Source of the DNA: an uncultured Chloroflexia bacterium
GTDB taxonomy: Bacteria > Chloroflexota > Limnocylindria > Limnocylindrales > CSP1-4
Length of the DNA stretch: 64,000 bases
Assembly: GCA_963763775.1 (NCBI GenBank)
Contig: CAVXPZ010000003.1
Location: 128,001 to 192,000 of the forward strand
Direction of reading: 5' to 3'
Part shown: one piece after another, positions 1 to 10,396 of the stretch
Position numbering within the stretch: position 1 is the stretch's first letter
Layout of the letters: each line of letters opens with the position of its first letter
Notes under the pieces: generated by a model
The model's input: the letters and a program-made list of their open reading frames with translations, nothing else
What the model was told of the DNA's origin: nothing
Database searches by the model: none
Made by a program: the position numbers and the translations under genes

Positions 1-567
1 TCAGCAGACCAAGTGGCTGATGGCGGTGGCGGGCGTCGCCGCGGTCGCGTTCCCGTTGTCGTTCCTCCTCCCGGTCTTCCTCCTCGAGCTCCAACCGCTG
101 GCCGATGTCTTCTTCCTCATCGGGACCCTGGCGCTGGTCGCGCTGCCGTGGGCCATCACGATCGCCGTCCTGCGCTACCGCCTCTTCGAGATCGACCGCC
201 TCGTCAGCCGGACCATCTCGTATGCGCTCGTCAGCGCCGTCCTGATCGCGGTCTACGCGTGCGGCGATCCTGCTCGCTCTCGTCGGTCCTCTCGACGTTC
301 GCCCAGGGCCAGACCGTGGCGGTCGCGGCCTCGACGCTGGTCGTCTTCGCGCTCTTCCAGCCGATCCGGCGACGCGTCCAGCGGGCCGTCGACCGCCGGT
401 TCGACCGAGCCCGCTACGACGCCGAGCGCGATCGCCGTCGCCTTCTCCGGACGCCTCCGGAACGAGACCGACATGGCGACGGTGACGACCGACCTCGTCC
501 GGACGGCGAGCGACCGATGGCGCCGGCGACGCTGTCCGGATCTGGCTGCTCGAGGCGGCGGTCGTGA
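1..567 (+). CDS. Multi-pass membrane sensor-like protein, C-terminal part (5'-truncated by window, frameshifted)
   Basis: Hydrophobic helices followed by AVLRYRLFEIDRLVSRT...FQPIRRRVQRAVDRRFDRARYDA...FSGRLRNETD, spread over ORFs 20..628 and 13..567. Typical of Chloroflexota/Actinomycetota membrane proteins that precede GAF domains. Confidence 0.6.
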   Translation, partial: SADQVADGGGGRRRGRVPVVVPPPGLPPRAPTAGRCLLPHRDPGAGRAAVGHHDRRPALPPLRDRPPRQPDHLVCARQRRPDRGLRVRRSCSLSSVLSTFAQGQTVAVAASTLVVFALFQPIRRRVQRAVDRRFDRARYDAERDRRRLLRTPPERDRHGDGDDRPRPDGERPMAPATLSGSGCSRRRS

Positions 568-635
568 CGATGACCGGTCCGTTGCCCATCGCCGTAACGA
601 TTCCCGGACGCACGCGAACCTAGGGTGACCGCGAG

Positions 636-2258
636 ATGACCGAATTGACCCGTCCCATCCGCCGCCTCCTCGGCCGTCGCGACGCCGTCACGGACGAGAC
701 GGCGGCCGTGCCCTCGGAGCCGACCGTGGCCGCCGCCCGAACCCCGGACGATCCGGCCATCGCGGTCGACATCCCCGAGTCCGACCCGCTCCTCGCCTAC
801 CTCCAGACCGCCCCCGGGCCGGTCGAGATCGCCAGGCTCGAGCTCGATTCGCCGGCGGTCCGCGCGATGCGCGAGGCCGGCGTGGCGCTCGTCGTCCCGC
901 TCGTGTCGCAGGGCGAGCTCATCGGGACGCTCAACCTCGGGCCGCGGCTGTCCGAGCAGGACTATTCCACGGACGACCGACGCCTCCTGACCACGCTCGC
1001 CGCGCAGGCGGCACCGGCGATCCGCGTCGCGCAGCTCGTCCGCGAGCAGGCCGCCGAGGCCGCCGAGCGCGAGCGCCTCGAGCAGGAGATGCGCGTCGCG
1101 ACCCTGATCCAGCAGCAGTTCCTGCCGCGCGAGCTCCCGCACCTCGCCCAATGGCAGATCGCGGCCTACTACGGTCCGGCCCGCGCGGTCGGCGGCGACT
1201 TCTACGACTTCATCGAGATGCCCGGCGGCCGGATCGGGATCGCGGTCGGCGACGTCACCGACAAGGGCGTGCCCGCCGCGCTGGTGATGGCGCGGACCCA
1301 CTCCGTGCTGCGCGCGGAGGCGTCGCGGTCCGACTCGCCTGGCGTGATCCTCGCGCGGGCCAACGACCTGCTCGTCCCGGAGATGCCGGCCCGGATGTTC
1401 GTCACGTGCCTGTTCGCCATCCTGGAACCGGAGACCGGACGGATCGTGCTGGCGAACGCGGGACACAACCTCCCGTACGTCCGGACCGACGCCGGGGTCA
1501 TCGAGCTGCGCGCGACGGGGATGCCCCTCGGATTGATGCCCGGGATCGTCTACGAGGAGACCGAAGGGGTCATCGATCCCGGGAGCAACGTCCTGCTCTA
1601 CTCCGACGGGCTCGTCGAGGCACACGACCCGCAGAGCCAGATGTACGGGTTCCCGCGCCTCCGGGAGGCCATGGCCGTCGACGACGCCGGGAGCGAGCTG
1701 CTCGACCGGCTCCTCGACGACCTGCACCGATTCACCGGCGCAGCGTGGGAGCAGGAAGACGACATCACGCTCGTCACCCTGCGGCGCGCGTCGGGCGTGG
1801 CCCAGCACGACGCGGACCCGTCGGTCCTCAGGACCTCGTTCTCCGTCCCGGGCGAGGAAGGCAACGAGCGACTCGCCATGGACCGCGTCGCGGCCGCCGT
1901 GGCCGATCTGGGCCTGCCTCCCGCGCGACTGGAGCGACTCAAGACCGCCGTGAGCGAGGCCGCGATGAACGCGATCGAGTACGGCAGCCAGGGCCAGCCC
2001 GACGTCCCGGTCGACATCGTCGTCGAGACCACGGCGGACGACGTCATCGTGCGCATCACCGACCGCGCCCTGTCCGGCGTCGTGCCCGCCGATGCCGAAG
2101 CCCCCGATATCGAGCGCAAGCTCGCCGGCGAGCAGAAGCCGCGCGGCTGGGGGCTCTTCCTGATCAAGAACATGGTGGATTCGATGGACGTGACCAGCGA
2201 TGGGTCGTCCCAGACGGTGACGCTCACGATGGCACGCAAGGAGCCCAGCGATGGATGA
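636..2258 (+). CDS. SpoIIE/RsbU-type PP2C phosphatase with N-terminal partial GAF and C-terminal RsbW-like HATPase (anti-sigma kinase) domain
   Basis: PP2C motifs VGGDFYD, GDVTDKG, ANAGH, YSDGLVEA, EDDITL. C-terminal AVSEAAMNAIEYG...RITD...PRGWGLFLI. Confidence 0.92.
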   Translation: MTELTRPIRRLLGRRDAVTDETAAVPSEPTVAAARTPDDPAIAVDIPESDPLLAYLQTAPGPVEIARLELDSPAVRAMREAGVALVVPLVSQGELIGTLNLGPRLSEQDYSTDDRRLLTTLAAQAAPAIRVAQLVREQAAEAAERERLEQEMRVATLIQQQFLPRELPHLAQWQIAAYYGPARAVGGDFYDFIEMPGGRIGIAVGDVTDKGVPAALVMARTHSVLRAEASRSDSPGVILARANDLLVPEMPARMFVTCLFAILEPETGRIVLANAGHNLPYVRTDAGVIELRATGMPLGLMPGIVYEETEGVIDPGSNVLLYSDGLVEAHDPQSQMYGFPRLREAMAVDDAGSELLDRLLDDLHRFTGAAWEQEDDITLVTLRRASGVAQHDADPSVLRTSFSVPGEEGNERLAMDRVAAAVADLGLPPARLERLKTAVSEAAMNAIEYGSQGQPDVPVDIVVETTADDVIVRITDRALSGVVPADAEAPDIERKLAGEQKPRGWGLFLIKNMVDSMDVTSDGSSQTVTLTMARKEPSDG

Positions 2259-2583
2259 CCGGACGTTCGGAGCGGACGTGACGGAGGTGCCCGACGAGGT
2301 GCGCGTGCGACTGAGCGGCGACCTGAACGGGCGGGCGGACGAGGCCATGGCCGGCGCCTACGCGAAGGTCGTCGACCTCGGCTCGCATCGGGTCAGCCTG
2401 GACTTCCACCAGGTCGGCTACATCAACAGCACCGGGATCGCCCTGGTCGTGCGGTTGCTCGCCGACGCCCGCCGAGACGGACGGACCGTCCGGGCGGTCG
2501 GCCTGAGCGACCACTACCGGGAGATCTTCCGGATCACCCGCCTGTCGGACTACATGGACATCGTGGAGGGAGACGCAGCATGA
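2251..2583 (+). CDS. STAS-domain anti-sigma factor antagonist
   Basis: LSGDL...LDFHQVGYINSTGIALVV...IFRITRL; overlaps the stop of the upstream gene. Confidence 0.9.
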   Translation: MDDRTFGADVTEVPDEVRVRLSGDLNGRADEAMAGAYAKVVDLGSHRVSLDFHQVGYINSTGIALVVRLLADARRDGRTVRAVGLSDHYREIFRITRLSDYMDIVEGDAA

Positions 2584-2927
2584 GCGCGACCGTCATCGCG
2601 ACCGATCTGTCGGGGTCCACGGCGATCCTGCGGATCTCGGGCGACATCACCTCCGCGAGCGAGGGCGACCTGACGGCGGCCTACACCCGCGCGCTCGAGG
2701 CGGGTGCCACGACGGTCATCCTCGATTTCGCGGGCCTCGAGTACATGAACAGCGGTGGCATCGGCCTCCTCGTGACGCTCCTGGTCCGCGCCCAGCGCGG
2801 CGGCGTCAGCCTGATGGCGACCGGGCTCTCCGACCACTACCGGCAGATCTTCGAGCTCACTCGGCTCGACGAGGCGATCACGATCCACGACGACACCGCC
2901 GCGGCCGTGGCCGCCGCCGGTGCCTGA
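2580..2927 (+). CDS. STAS-domain anti-sigma factor antagonist (second paralog)
   Basis: ISGDI...LDFAGLEYMNSGGIGLLV...IFELTRL; ATGA overlap with the previous gene. Confidence 0.9.
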   Translation: MSATVIATDLSGSTAILRISGDITSASEGDLTAAYTRALEAGATTVILDFAGLEYMNSGGIGLLVTLLVRAQRGGVSLMATGLSDHYRQIFELTRLDEAITIHDDTAAAVAAAGA

Positions 2928-2938
2928 TCCCGAAGGAG

Positions 2939-3715
2939 ATGGAGATGACCGAACCGCAGCCCGCTGATCAAGGGGGTCGCGATGCCGCCAACTGGGCGCG
3001 CCCGGTGGACCGGTTGTCCGCCGCCGGTGTCGCCGGCGCCAAGGTCGACTCGGTCAGCGGCAAGCGCGTCTCCGGGCCGCTCCAGGGCTTCGGTCAGCTC
3101 TGGCAGAAGACGTTCAAGGTGCGTCTGGAGGGCAGCGAGCTCGTCCCCCACCGACGCTGATCGCGACATGGAAGGAGCAGCTTTCCCGACGTTCTGGCCG
3201 GGCGGGTACCGGTTCTACTGCGCCGCTCGCCGGGATCGCGCCCGGCGAGGTCGCCCTCCTGGACATCCCACCGGTGCCCGGGTCGCCGGTCAAGCTGTCG
3301 ACGGGCGTCATGGTCATCTACGCGGACGACGAGTCGTTCACGTTCATGACCCCCGAAGGCCATACCCTGTCGGCATGGATCACGTTCTCGGCCTTCCGCG
3401 ACGGCGACGTCACGGTCGCCCAGGCGCAGGCACTGGAGCGCACGTCCGATCCGTTCGACGAACTCGGCTACATGTTCGGTGCGCAACCGGATGAACAACC
3501 GGTTCTGGCGCATGACACTCGAGAACCTCGCGACGCTACGTCGGCGTCGGCCCGAGCCGAGCGTCGAGACGACAGGTCGTCTGCATCGACAAGCACCGGC
3601 AGTGGCGCCACGCGCGCAACGTCCGCAACAGCGCGACGCTCCGGACCGCACGGCACACCATCACCGCGCCGATCCGCTGGGTCACGCGGCGGGGGTGAGG
3701 CGGCAAGACCCTTGA
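2939..3715 (+). CDS. Conserved hypothetical protein (frameshifted; possible SRPBCC/DUF1990-like fold)
   Basis: AAGGAG RBS. One continuous coding signal across frames: GPLQGFGQLWQKTF, STGVMVIYADDESFTFMTPEGH, AQALERTSDPFDELG, NRFWRMTLENLA. Confidence 0.6.
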
Positions 3716-5232
3716 GCGGGCCGACGCTCGACGCGATCGTCGTCGGGGCCGGCCCGAACGGCCTGGCCGCCGCCATCACCCTGGCCCGGGCCGGCCGCTC
3801 GGTGCGGGTCTACGAGGCCGCCGACCGCGTCGGTGGCGGGACCCGGACCCAGGAGCTCACCCTCCCTGGTTTCCGCCATGACGTCTGCTCGACGATCCTG
3901 CCGCTGGCCCTCGCATCACCCTTCTTCCGGACGATGGACCTCGCCGCCCACGGCGTCGAGTTCGTCTACCCGGACGCGCCGTTCGCGCAGCCGCTGGACG
4001 GCGGCCGGGCGGTCGTGCTGGAGCGGTCGGTGGCCGCGACGGCGGTCGGCCTCGGTCCGCACGACGGCCGGGCATGGCGACGCCTGTTCGGTCCTCTGGT
4101 TCGCGCCGCGGAGGACCTCGGGGACGAACTGCTCCGGCCCGTCGTGCACGTGCCGCGACATCCGCTGCTGATGGCCCGGTTCGGGCTGCCAGCCCTTCGC
4201 TCGGTCGAGGGGCTGGCCCGCTCGGCGTTCCGGGACGAGCCCGCCCGCGCGCTGTTCGCGGGGGTCGCCGCCCACTCGATGCTCCGCCTCGATCGCCCGT
4301 TGAGTGCCTCGTTCGGCCTCGTCCTCGCGACGTATGCGCACGCGGTCGGCTGGCCGATGGTGCGCGGCGGGGCCGCGGCCGTCGGCGACGCGATGGCCGC
4401 CGAGCTCACGGCGCTCGGCGGCGAGATCGTGACGGACCAGCGCGTGACGTCCCTCGACGAGCTCCCCTCGACCCGCGCCACCCTCCTCGATCTCACGCCC
4501 CGGCAGGCGGCGGCCATCGCCGGACCACGGCTCACCGGTCGCGCCCGTCGGCGCGCCGAGCGGTTCCGCTACGGACCGGGGGTCTTCAAGGTCGACTGGG
4601 CCCTCGACGGGCCGGTGCCGTGGGCCGCCGAGGGGAGTCGCCGCGCCGCGACCGTCCACCTCGGCGGGACCCTCGACGAGATGGCCGCGTCCGAGGCGGA
4701 CGTCGCCGGCGGCCGGCACCCGGACCGCCCGTACGTCCTCTTCGTCCAGTACGCGCCGTGGGACCCGAGCCGCGCGCCCGGCGGGCACACGACCGCGTGG
4801 GCCTACTGCCACGTGCCGGCGGGATCCACGGTGGATATGACGGCCCGCATCGAGGCCCAGGTCGAGCGCTTCGCCCCCGGGTTCCGGGACCGCATCCTGG
4901 CCCGGTCCACCCACTCGCCCGTCGAGATGGAGGCGCACGACGCCAACTACATCGGCGGCGACATCAACGGCGGGATCCAGGACATCCGCCAGCTCGTGTT
5001 CCGGCCGTGGCCGGCCCTCGACCCGTATCGACTCGGTCCGGGCGGGCTGTTCCTGTGCTCGTCATCGACGCCGCCGGGCGGCGGCGTCCACGGGATGAGC
5101 GGGATGCTCGCCGCGCGTTCGGCCCTGCGCCACGAGCTAGCGCTGAGCGCTCCTCGTCACCTCGGCCGACCTCACGGCGCAGCCAGACCCCGAGCAGCAG
5201 GGCCCCGATGGCGGGCACGACGGCCCACATGA
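3712..5232 (+). CDS. Phytoene desaturase family NAD(P)/FAD-dependent oxidoreductase
   Basis: DAIVVGAGPNGLAAA Rossmann motif, VGGGTRTQELTLPGFRHDVCS, C-terminal STPPGGGVHGMSG. True stop is probably near 5140. Confidence 0.88.
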   Translation: MSGPTLDAIVVGAGPNGLAAAITLARAGRSVRVYEAADRVGGGTRTQELTLPGFRHDVCSTILPLALASPFFRTMDLAAHGVEFVYPDAPFAQPLDGGRAVVLERSVAATAVGLGPHDGRAWRRLFGPLVRAAEDLGDELLRPVVHVPRHPLLMARFGLPALRSVEGLARSAFRDEPARALFAGVAAHSMLRLDRPLSASFGLVLATYAHAVGWPMVRGGAAAVGDAMAAELTALGGEIVTDQRVTSLDELPSTRATLLDLTPRQAAAIAGPRLTGRARRRAERFRYGPGVFKVDWALDGPVPWAAEGSRRAATVHLGGTLDEMAASEADVAGGRHPDRPYVLFVQYAPWDPSRAPGGHTTAWAYCHVPAGSTVDMTARIEAQVERFAPGFRDRILARSTHSPVEMEAHDANYIGGDINGGIQDIRQLVFRPWPALDPYRLGPGGLFLCSSSTPPGGGVHGMSGMLAARSALRHELALSAPRHLGRPHGAARPRAAGPRWRARRPT

Positions 5233-5842
5233 CGAAGACGAGGATGAGGATCGTCACCACCGCCTGGAGATCGGACAGGCTCTCCTGGAGGACGCCGCTC
5301 TTCAGGCGGTCCGCGAGCGAGCGCATCTGCGCCCCGAGGGCGGCCAGCGAGTCGTGGTTGGCCGTGAGCGCGTCGCGGTTGGCACTGAGCGATGTCGAGA
5401 CGCCGGAGAGCCGTTGGTCGAGGCCGTTGATGCTGGTCGCGATCGACCCCATCAGGTCGGCGGCCCGCGACAGCGGCTGCGCGCCGAGGATGTTGATGGA
5501 CCGGAACTGGTCCTGCAGCCCGGCGAGCTGCGGCTCGACCGTGGCGATCGTGGTCGCCGCCTGGTCGAGGGTCGTCGAGGCTCCCTCGATCGTCGTGGCG
5601 AACGACCCGGCCGTGTCGCTGGCGTCCTCGAGCGCGGTGGCGGTCTTGTCCAGGGTGGCCGTCAACTCGGCGATCGTGACCGTCGCGCGATCCGCGGCCG
5701 CGTTCATCCGCCCGTTGATCCAGAGCAGGCCGCCCAGCCCGATCACGGCGACCACGAGGCCGACGAGGCCGTAGACGACGAGCCACGAGCCGAGGCGTCC
5801 GAGTCCGCGGCGGAGTCCGAGCGGTCGTTTGTCGGTGGTCAC
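4964..5842 (-). CDS. Membrane protein with two TM helices flanking a coiled-coil region
   Basis: N- and C-terminal hydrophobic helices around an Ala/Thr/Leu heptad-rich region. True 3' end is probably near 5137. Confidence 0.6.
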   Translation of the reverse strand: MTTDKRPLGLRRGLGRLGSWLVVYGLVGLVVAVIGLGGLLWINGRMNAAADRATVTIAELTATLDKTATALEDASDTAGSFATTIEGASTTLDQAATTIATVEPQLAGLQDQFRSINILGAQPLSRAADLMGSIATSINGLDQRLSGVSTSLSANRDALTANHDSLAALGAQMRSLADRLKSGVLQESLSDLQAVVTILILVFVMWAVVPAIGALLLGVWLRREVGRGDEERSALARGAGPNARRASRSSRGRRRPAASMTSTGTARPDRVDTGRGPATAGTRAGGCPGSRR

Positions 5843-6603
5843 CCGTCGAATGCTACGCCGTCGCCGACCGCCGTCGGCAGCATCCGCACATCGGGCGCGA
5901 GTTCCGAGGCGTATTCGACGAACGCCGCCGGGGGCTCGACCAGTCGCTCCGGGTAGATCCGCCCCATCGCGTGCGGCCAGTACGTGCCCCAGTGGATGGG
6001 CACGGCGGCGCGCGGCCGGATGAGGCGCAGCGCCTCGGCGGCGCGCAGCGGATCGAGATGCAGCCCGCGGCCGAGCGTCGGGCCCCAGCCCCAGACGGGG
6101 ATGAGGGCGAGGTCGATCGGCCCGGGCAGGCTGGCCATGCCCGGGTGGAGGTCGGTGTCACCGGCGAAGTAGACCGTCCTCGTTCCCGAGATGACGTAGC
6201 CGATGGCCGCGGCGGTGGGGCCGAGCGGCGGTCGGAACCCCGAATGGAGCGCCTCCACCGCGGTCACGCGGACGCCGCCGATCTCGATGACGTCGCCCGC
6301 CGCCTGCTCGCGGACATCGCTGAACCCGGCGTCGCGGAGCCAGGCGCCGGCGCCCTTCGGGACGTGGATCCGGGCGTCGCGGCCGAGGTCACGCAGGGAT
6401 GGGATATCGAGGTGGTCCCAATGCAGGTGCGAGATGAGCACGAGGTCGACGCCACGCAGCCGCTCGCGCGCGGGCACCGGCTCGACGCGCCGCAACGGCC
6501 CGACTCGCGCGCGGGTCACCGGGTCGGTGGCGATGCGGACGCCATCGAGGTCGATGACGAGCGCCGAGTGCCCGAGGAAGTCCAGCGCCAGGGACGCGGT
6601 CAC
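5839..6603 (-). CDS. MBL-fold metallo-hydrolase
   Basis: [18 protein letters not shown] and PIHWGT motifs. Confidence 0.9.
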   Translation of the reverse strand: MTASLALDFLGHSALVIDLDGVRIATDPVTRARVGPLRRVEPVPARERLRGVDLVLISHLHWDHLDIPSLRDLGRDARIHVPKGAGAWLRDAGFSDVREQAAGDVIEIGGVRVTAVEALHSGFRPPLGPTAAAIGYVISGTRTVYFAGDTDLHPGMASLPGPIDLALIPVWGWGPTLGRGLHLDPLRAAEALRLIRPRAAVPIHWGTYWPHAMGRIYPERLVEPPAAFVEYASELAPDVRMLPTAVGDGVAFDG

Positions 6604-8654
6604 CGCCAGCCGCTGCGGGCGGCGTCGGGGTACAGCCGCACCCGACGGTACGGCTCGCGGCCACGCGACCGCGACACGAGGTTGGCGCGCTCGGCCATCT
6701 GGTGCTGGAGCCGCCGGATGTACGCGTTCTGCGGCGCGAGCTCCACGGGCTCGGACGACGCCAGCACGACGCCGATCGCGTCCTCCGTCTCGCGCAGCGC
6801 GGCCTCGCGCGGGTCGATCTCGAGCGAGAAGATCGACGTGAGACTCGCCTGCATCTGTCCGATGGTGTTGCTCTTGAGGACGTAGATCGGCATCGACCGG
6901 TCCTCCGCGTCGCGGAGCATCGGGGTCTTCTGCTTGTACTCGTTCTTGAGGGTCATGACGACATCCGCCTCGTCGACGTCGCGGGCGATCACCACGGGGA
7001 GCTGCAACTCGCGGATGGCCTGTTCGAGGCGCTTGCGGCTGATGCCCTGGGGGAGGATGCGCAGCGTCGGGAGCGGCGAGCCGCCCGGCACGAGCACCGT
7101 CTCGCCACGCGGCCCCTCCTCGGCCCCGAGCGGCAGGTCATCGAGGTCGTCGATCTCGAGATCGTCGGCGTTGACCGGGCCGATCCCCTCCTCCGCCTTG
7201 TGCGCGTTGAGCGCCCGTGCCGCCTGGTCTCGCCACGCCTTCTGCCGCTCGAGCTCGCGGGCCTCGCGGGCACGGGTCTCGGCACTGGACATCGACCCGG
7301 CACGCTCCAGCGGACCACGGTCCGCGATGTCACCGGCGACGAACGGCGCGTCCGCCGACCCGAGGGCCGGACCCGATGCGGGGCCCTCCGATGGCGTGCC
7401 ACGCGGCGCCAATTCGCGGCCGGACCCGCCGCGCGTCTGGCGCCAGCCGCCCGAGGCGCCCGGTCGGTAGCCGGGTCGGAAGCCGGCGCCGCGGTCGGCC
7501 TCGCGGTACCCGCCGCTGCGGTACGACCCCTCGCCCCGCCAGCCGGGCTCCATCCGCCACGGCGACCCCGTCCCGACGAGCCCGGCGAACCGGTCCGGCC
7601 CCAACTGCTCCCGCGGCGATGGCCGTGGCCGGCCTTGCGTCCGGTGCACGCCTTCCTCGTCGCGCCAGCGCAGCTCCGGGGCGACCGGGTCGCCGCGCAG
7701 CATCGCGTCGACGGTGTCGGCGACGTCGCTGTGGACGACGACGCGCTCGCGGTCCTGGATCTCGACGATCACGTCGAAGGTCGGCGGCGCCTTGCGCTCG
7801 AGGACGCTCTTCTGGGTCCGGCGGCGACGCGCCTCCTCGTCGCCGAGGGTGACGCTCTGGATGCCGCCGATGAGGTCCGACAGGGTCGGGTTGAGCATCA
7901 GGTTGTCGAGGTTGTTGCCGTGCGCCGTGCCGATCAGCTGGACGCCGCGCTCGGCGATGGTCCGGGCGGCCTGGGCCTCGAGCTCCGTGCCGATCTCGTC
8001 GATGACGATGACCTGCGGCATGTGGTTCTCGACGGCCTCGATCATGACCTCGTGCTGCAGCGACGGCGTGCGGACCTGCATCCGGCGCGCCTTGCCGATC
8101 GCCGGGTGCGGGATGTCGCCGTCGCCGGCGATCTCGTTGGAGGTGTCCACGACGACGACGCGCTTGCCCATGTCATCGGCGAGCACCCGGGCGGCCTCGC
8201 GGAGCATCGTGGTCTTGCCGATGCCGGGCCGACCCATGATGAGGATCGACTTCCCGGTCTCCACGAAGTCGTTGATGATCTCGATCGTGCCGTACACGGC
8301 CCGCCCGATGCGGCACGTCAGCCCGACGATCTTGCCGCTGCGGTTGCGGATGGCGCTGATCCGATGGAGCGTCCGCTCGATGCCCGCGCGGTTGTCGTCG
8401 CCGAACGTCCCGATGTGCTCGACCACGAACGCGATGTCCGCCTCGCTGACCTCGCGGTCCAGGAGTCCCACCTCGGAATCGGGGAAGCGGGCCTCCGGGC
8501 GTCGGCCGAGGTCCAGCACGACCTCGATGAGGGAGGTCCGGTCCGGCAGCGCGTGCACCGCTTGGACGATCTCCGGCGGCAGCGCAGCCAACAGGACATC
8601 GAGATCGTCCATCGTTTCGAACTGGCGGTCGTCGGATGGCACGGACGCCTCCAC
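6600..8654 (-). CDS. Ycf45/SpoIIIAA-like AAA ATPase with C-terminal R3H domain
   Basis: Walker [25 protein letters not shown]-terminal [15 protein letters not shown]...[12 protein letters not shown] (R3H). Confidence 0.9.
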   Translation of the reverse strand: MEASVPSDDRQFETMDDLDVLLAALPPEIVQAVHALPDRTSLIEVVLDLGRRPEARFPDSEVGLLDREVSEADIAFVVEHIGTFGDDNRAGIERTLHRISAIRNRSGKIVGLTCRIGRAVYGTIEIINDFVETGKSILIMGRPGIGKTTMLREAARVLADDMGKRVVVVDTSNEIAGDGDIPHPAIGKARRMQVRTPSLQHEVMIEAVENHMPQVIVIDEIGTELEAQAARTIAERGVQLIGTAHGNNLDNLMLNPTLSDLIGGIQSVTLGDEEARRRRTQKSVLERKAPPTFDVIVEIQDRERVVVHSDVADTVDAMLRGDPVAPELRWRDEEGVHRTQGRPRPSPREQLGPDRFAGLVGTGSPWRMEPGWRGEGSYRSGGYREADRGAGFRPGYRPGASGGWRQTRGGSGRELAPRGTPSEGPASGPALGSADAPFVAGDIADRGPLERAGSMSSAETRAREARELERQKAWRDQAARALNAHKAEEGIGPVNADDLEIDDLDDLPLGAEEGPRGETVLVPGGSPLPTLRILPQGISRKRLEQAIRELQLPVVIARDVDEADVVMTLKNEYKQKTPMLRDAEDRSMPIYVLKSNTIGQMQASLTSIFSLEIDPREAALRETEDAIGVVLASSEPVELAPQNAYIRRLQHQMAERANLVSRSRGREPYRRVRLYPDAARSGWR

Positions 8655-8662
8655 TACGCGGG

Positions 8663-9727
8663 CTATCGGACGCCGGCCGGCACGAGAGCCGGTTCGGCGA
8701 CCCGGACGAGGGTTTCCTTCATGAGCAGCGTGACGCTCGCGATCGAGTCGAACCCGGCCTCCTCCAGTCGACGGTCGATCGGCGATTCATAGGTTCGCAC
8801 GGGGGCGATCACGCCGTGCTCGGAGTGTCGCCCATCCTTCGCGGTCGCGCCCGCGATGACCCCGAGCCCGAAGCCGACGAGCGCGGCCGCGTCGGCGTCC
8901 GGCCGGGCGATGACCTTGAGGTAGTGCGGCTGGTCCTCCTTGGCGACGCCGACCTGCACGAAACCCGCGAGTTCGGTGCCGTCGCGCCCGCCGCCGGGCA
9001 GCTCCTGGACGAAGCCCTCGACGTCGGCGAAGCGCAGGATCGGCGCCAGGCTCGAGCGGGGCACGCGCCAGTGGTTGCCCTGCCGCTCCCAGTCCGCGAG
9101 GCGGATGGCCTCGAGGCGCGCGACCGGGTTGGGGGTGGCCACCGCGTACAGGCGCGAGAGCGCGAGGGCGTCCAGCTGCCCCGCCGGCCGGATCCCGGCC
9201 GCGGCCGCACGCTTGTCGGTCCACGGCGCTGGCAAGGGCTTCTCCGGCGGTCGCGCGAGGATCTGCTCCTCGCCGTAGCGCATGAACCCGGCCTGCATCA
9301 GGAGCTCGACGTTGCCATCGCGGTCGGCGCAGGCGACGTGGAACCGCGCGGCGGCGCGTTTCGCGCCCTCGCGCAGGAGCTGCTGCACGAGGCGGTAGCG
9401 GATGTCGCCGGCGTCCGCCATCCCGACCGCATCGAGCTCCACGATCGTCCATTCGTCGCGGACGCTCTCGCGCTCGACGCGGACCAGGCCCGCGATCCGG
9501 CCGTCCTGCTCGTAGACGTACATCAGGTCGTTCGGCCGGAAGGCACCGAGCGGGAGCCGGAACAGGCTGAAGACGCCGATCGGCGGGCCGGAAAGCGGCA
9601 GACCGAGCGAGCGTGTCTCCGCCCCGTCGGACTGGCACAGGCGCGACAGTTCCCCGAGCGCGGCGAGGTCGGTGAGACGCGCGGCGCGGACCTTGCCGGG
9701 GCGGCGCGCGATCGGCGGTCCGCTCAT
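8663..9727 (-). CDS. Hypothetical protein, probable tandem GNAT-like fold
   Basis: Two GNAT-like halves ([12 protein letters not shown]...IAGLVRV...QAGF; [12 protein letters not shown]...LAGFVQV...EAGF); coupled to pdxT. Confidence 0.6.
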   Translation of the reverse strand: MSGPPIARRPGKVRAARLTDLAALGELSRLCQSDGAETRSLGLPLSGPPIGVFSLFRLPLGAFRPNDLMYVYEQDGRIAGLVRVERESVRDEWTIVELDAVGMADAGDIRYRLVQQLLREGAKRAAARFHVACADRDGNVELLMQAGFMRYGEEQILARPPEKPLPAPWTDKRAAAAGIRPAGQLDALALSRLYAVATPNPVARLEAIRLADWERQGNHWRVPRSSLAPILRFADVEGFVQELPGGGRDGTELAGFVQVGVAKEDQPHYLKVIARPDADAAALVGFGLGVIAGATAKDGRHSEHGVIAPVRTYESPIDRRLEEAGFDSIASVTLLMKETLVRVAEPALVPAGVR

Positions 9728-10362
9728 CGAGGCTGCCTGGTCCGACGGGTCGGATGCGGGCGGCGGCCGGACCCTTCGCCCGGGTCCTCGTGCTCGCTGG
9801 CCATGGCGGCGACCAGCCGATGGAAGCGCGTCTCGCCGGCGAGTTCCGGGTGGAACGCCGTGGCGACGATGTTGCGCTCGCGGACGGCGACGATCCGGCC
9901 GTCATCGAGGCGCGCGAGGACGTCGACGCCCGGGCCGGTCCGCTCGATGATCGGGGCGCGGATGAACACGGCGTGGACGGGGGTGTCGCCGAGCACGGGG
10001 ACGGTCAACTCGGCCTCGAACGAGTCGAGCTGCCGGCCGAAGGCGTTGCGCTCGACGGTCACGTCGAGGAGCGGGAGGATCGGCGGCTCGCCACCGGCGA
10101 TCTCGTCGGCCAGGACGATCATCCCGGCGCAGGTGCCGAAGATCGGCGCGCCGCGCTCGGCGAGGTCGAGGATCGGCTCGCGCAGGCCCCAGCGCTCGAT
10201 CAGCTGGCGCATGGTGGTGCTCTCGCCACCGGGCAGGATCAGGCCGCTGACCCCGTCGAGATCGGCCGGCTCGCGCACGCGCACGCCGTCCACGCCGATG
10301 GCGTGGAGCGTATCGAGGTGCTCGCGGAACGCCCCTTGCAGGGCGAGGACCCCGATCCTCAT
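9724..10362 (-). CDS. pdxT: Pyridoxal 5'-phosphate synthase glutaminase subunit
   Basis: IGVLALQGAFREH, LPGGESTT, GTCAGMI, RNAFGRQLDSFE, FIRAP, FHPEL. Confidence 0.97.
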   Translation of the reverse strand: MRIGVLALQGAFREHLDTLHAIGVDGVRVREPADLDGVSGLILPGGESTTMRQLIERWGLREPILDLAERGAPIFGTCAGMIVLADEIAGGEPPILPLLDVTVERNAFGRQLDSFEAELTVPVLGDTPVHAVFIRAPIIERTGPGVDVLARLDDGRIVAVRERNIVATAFHPELAGETRFHRLVAAMASEHEDPGEGSGRRPHPTRRTRQPR

Positions 10363-10396
10363 CGGGTGACCGTCGTGGTCGCCGTGGCCGTCGTGC

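Noticed and set aside
4964-5232. About 270-bp convergent overlap of two genes
   Set aside because: Both proteins' plausible sequence ends near 5140 at a CTAG, so the overlap probably arises from an indel error.
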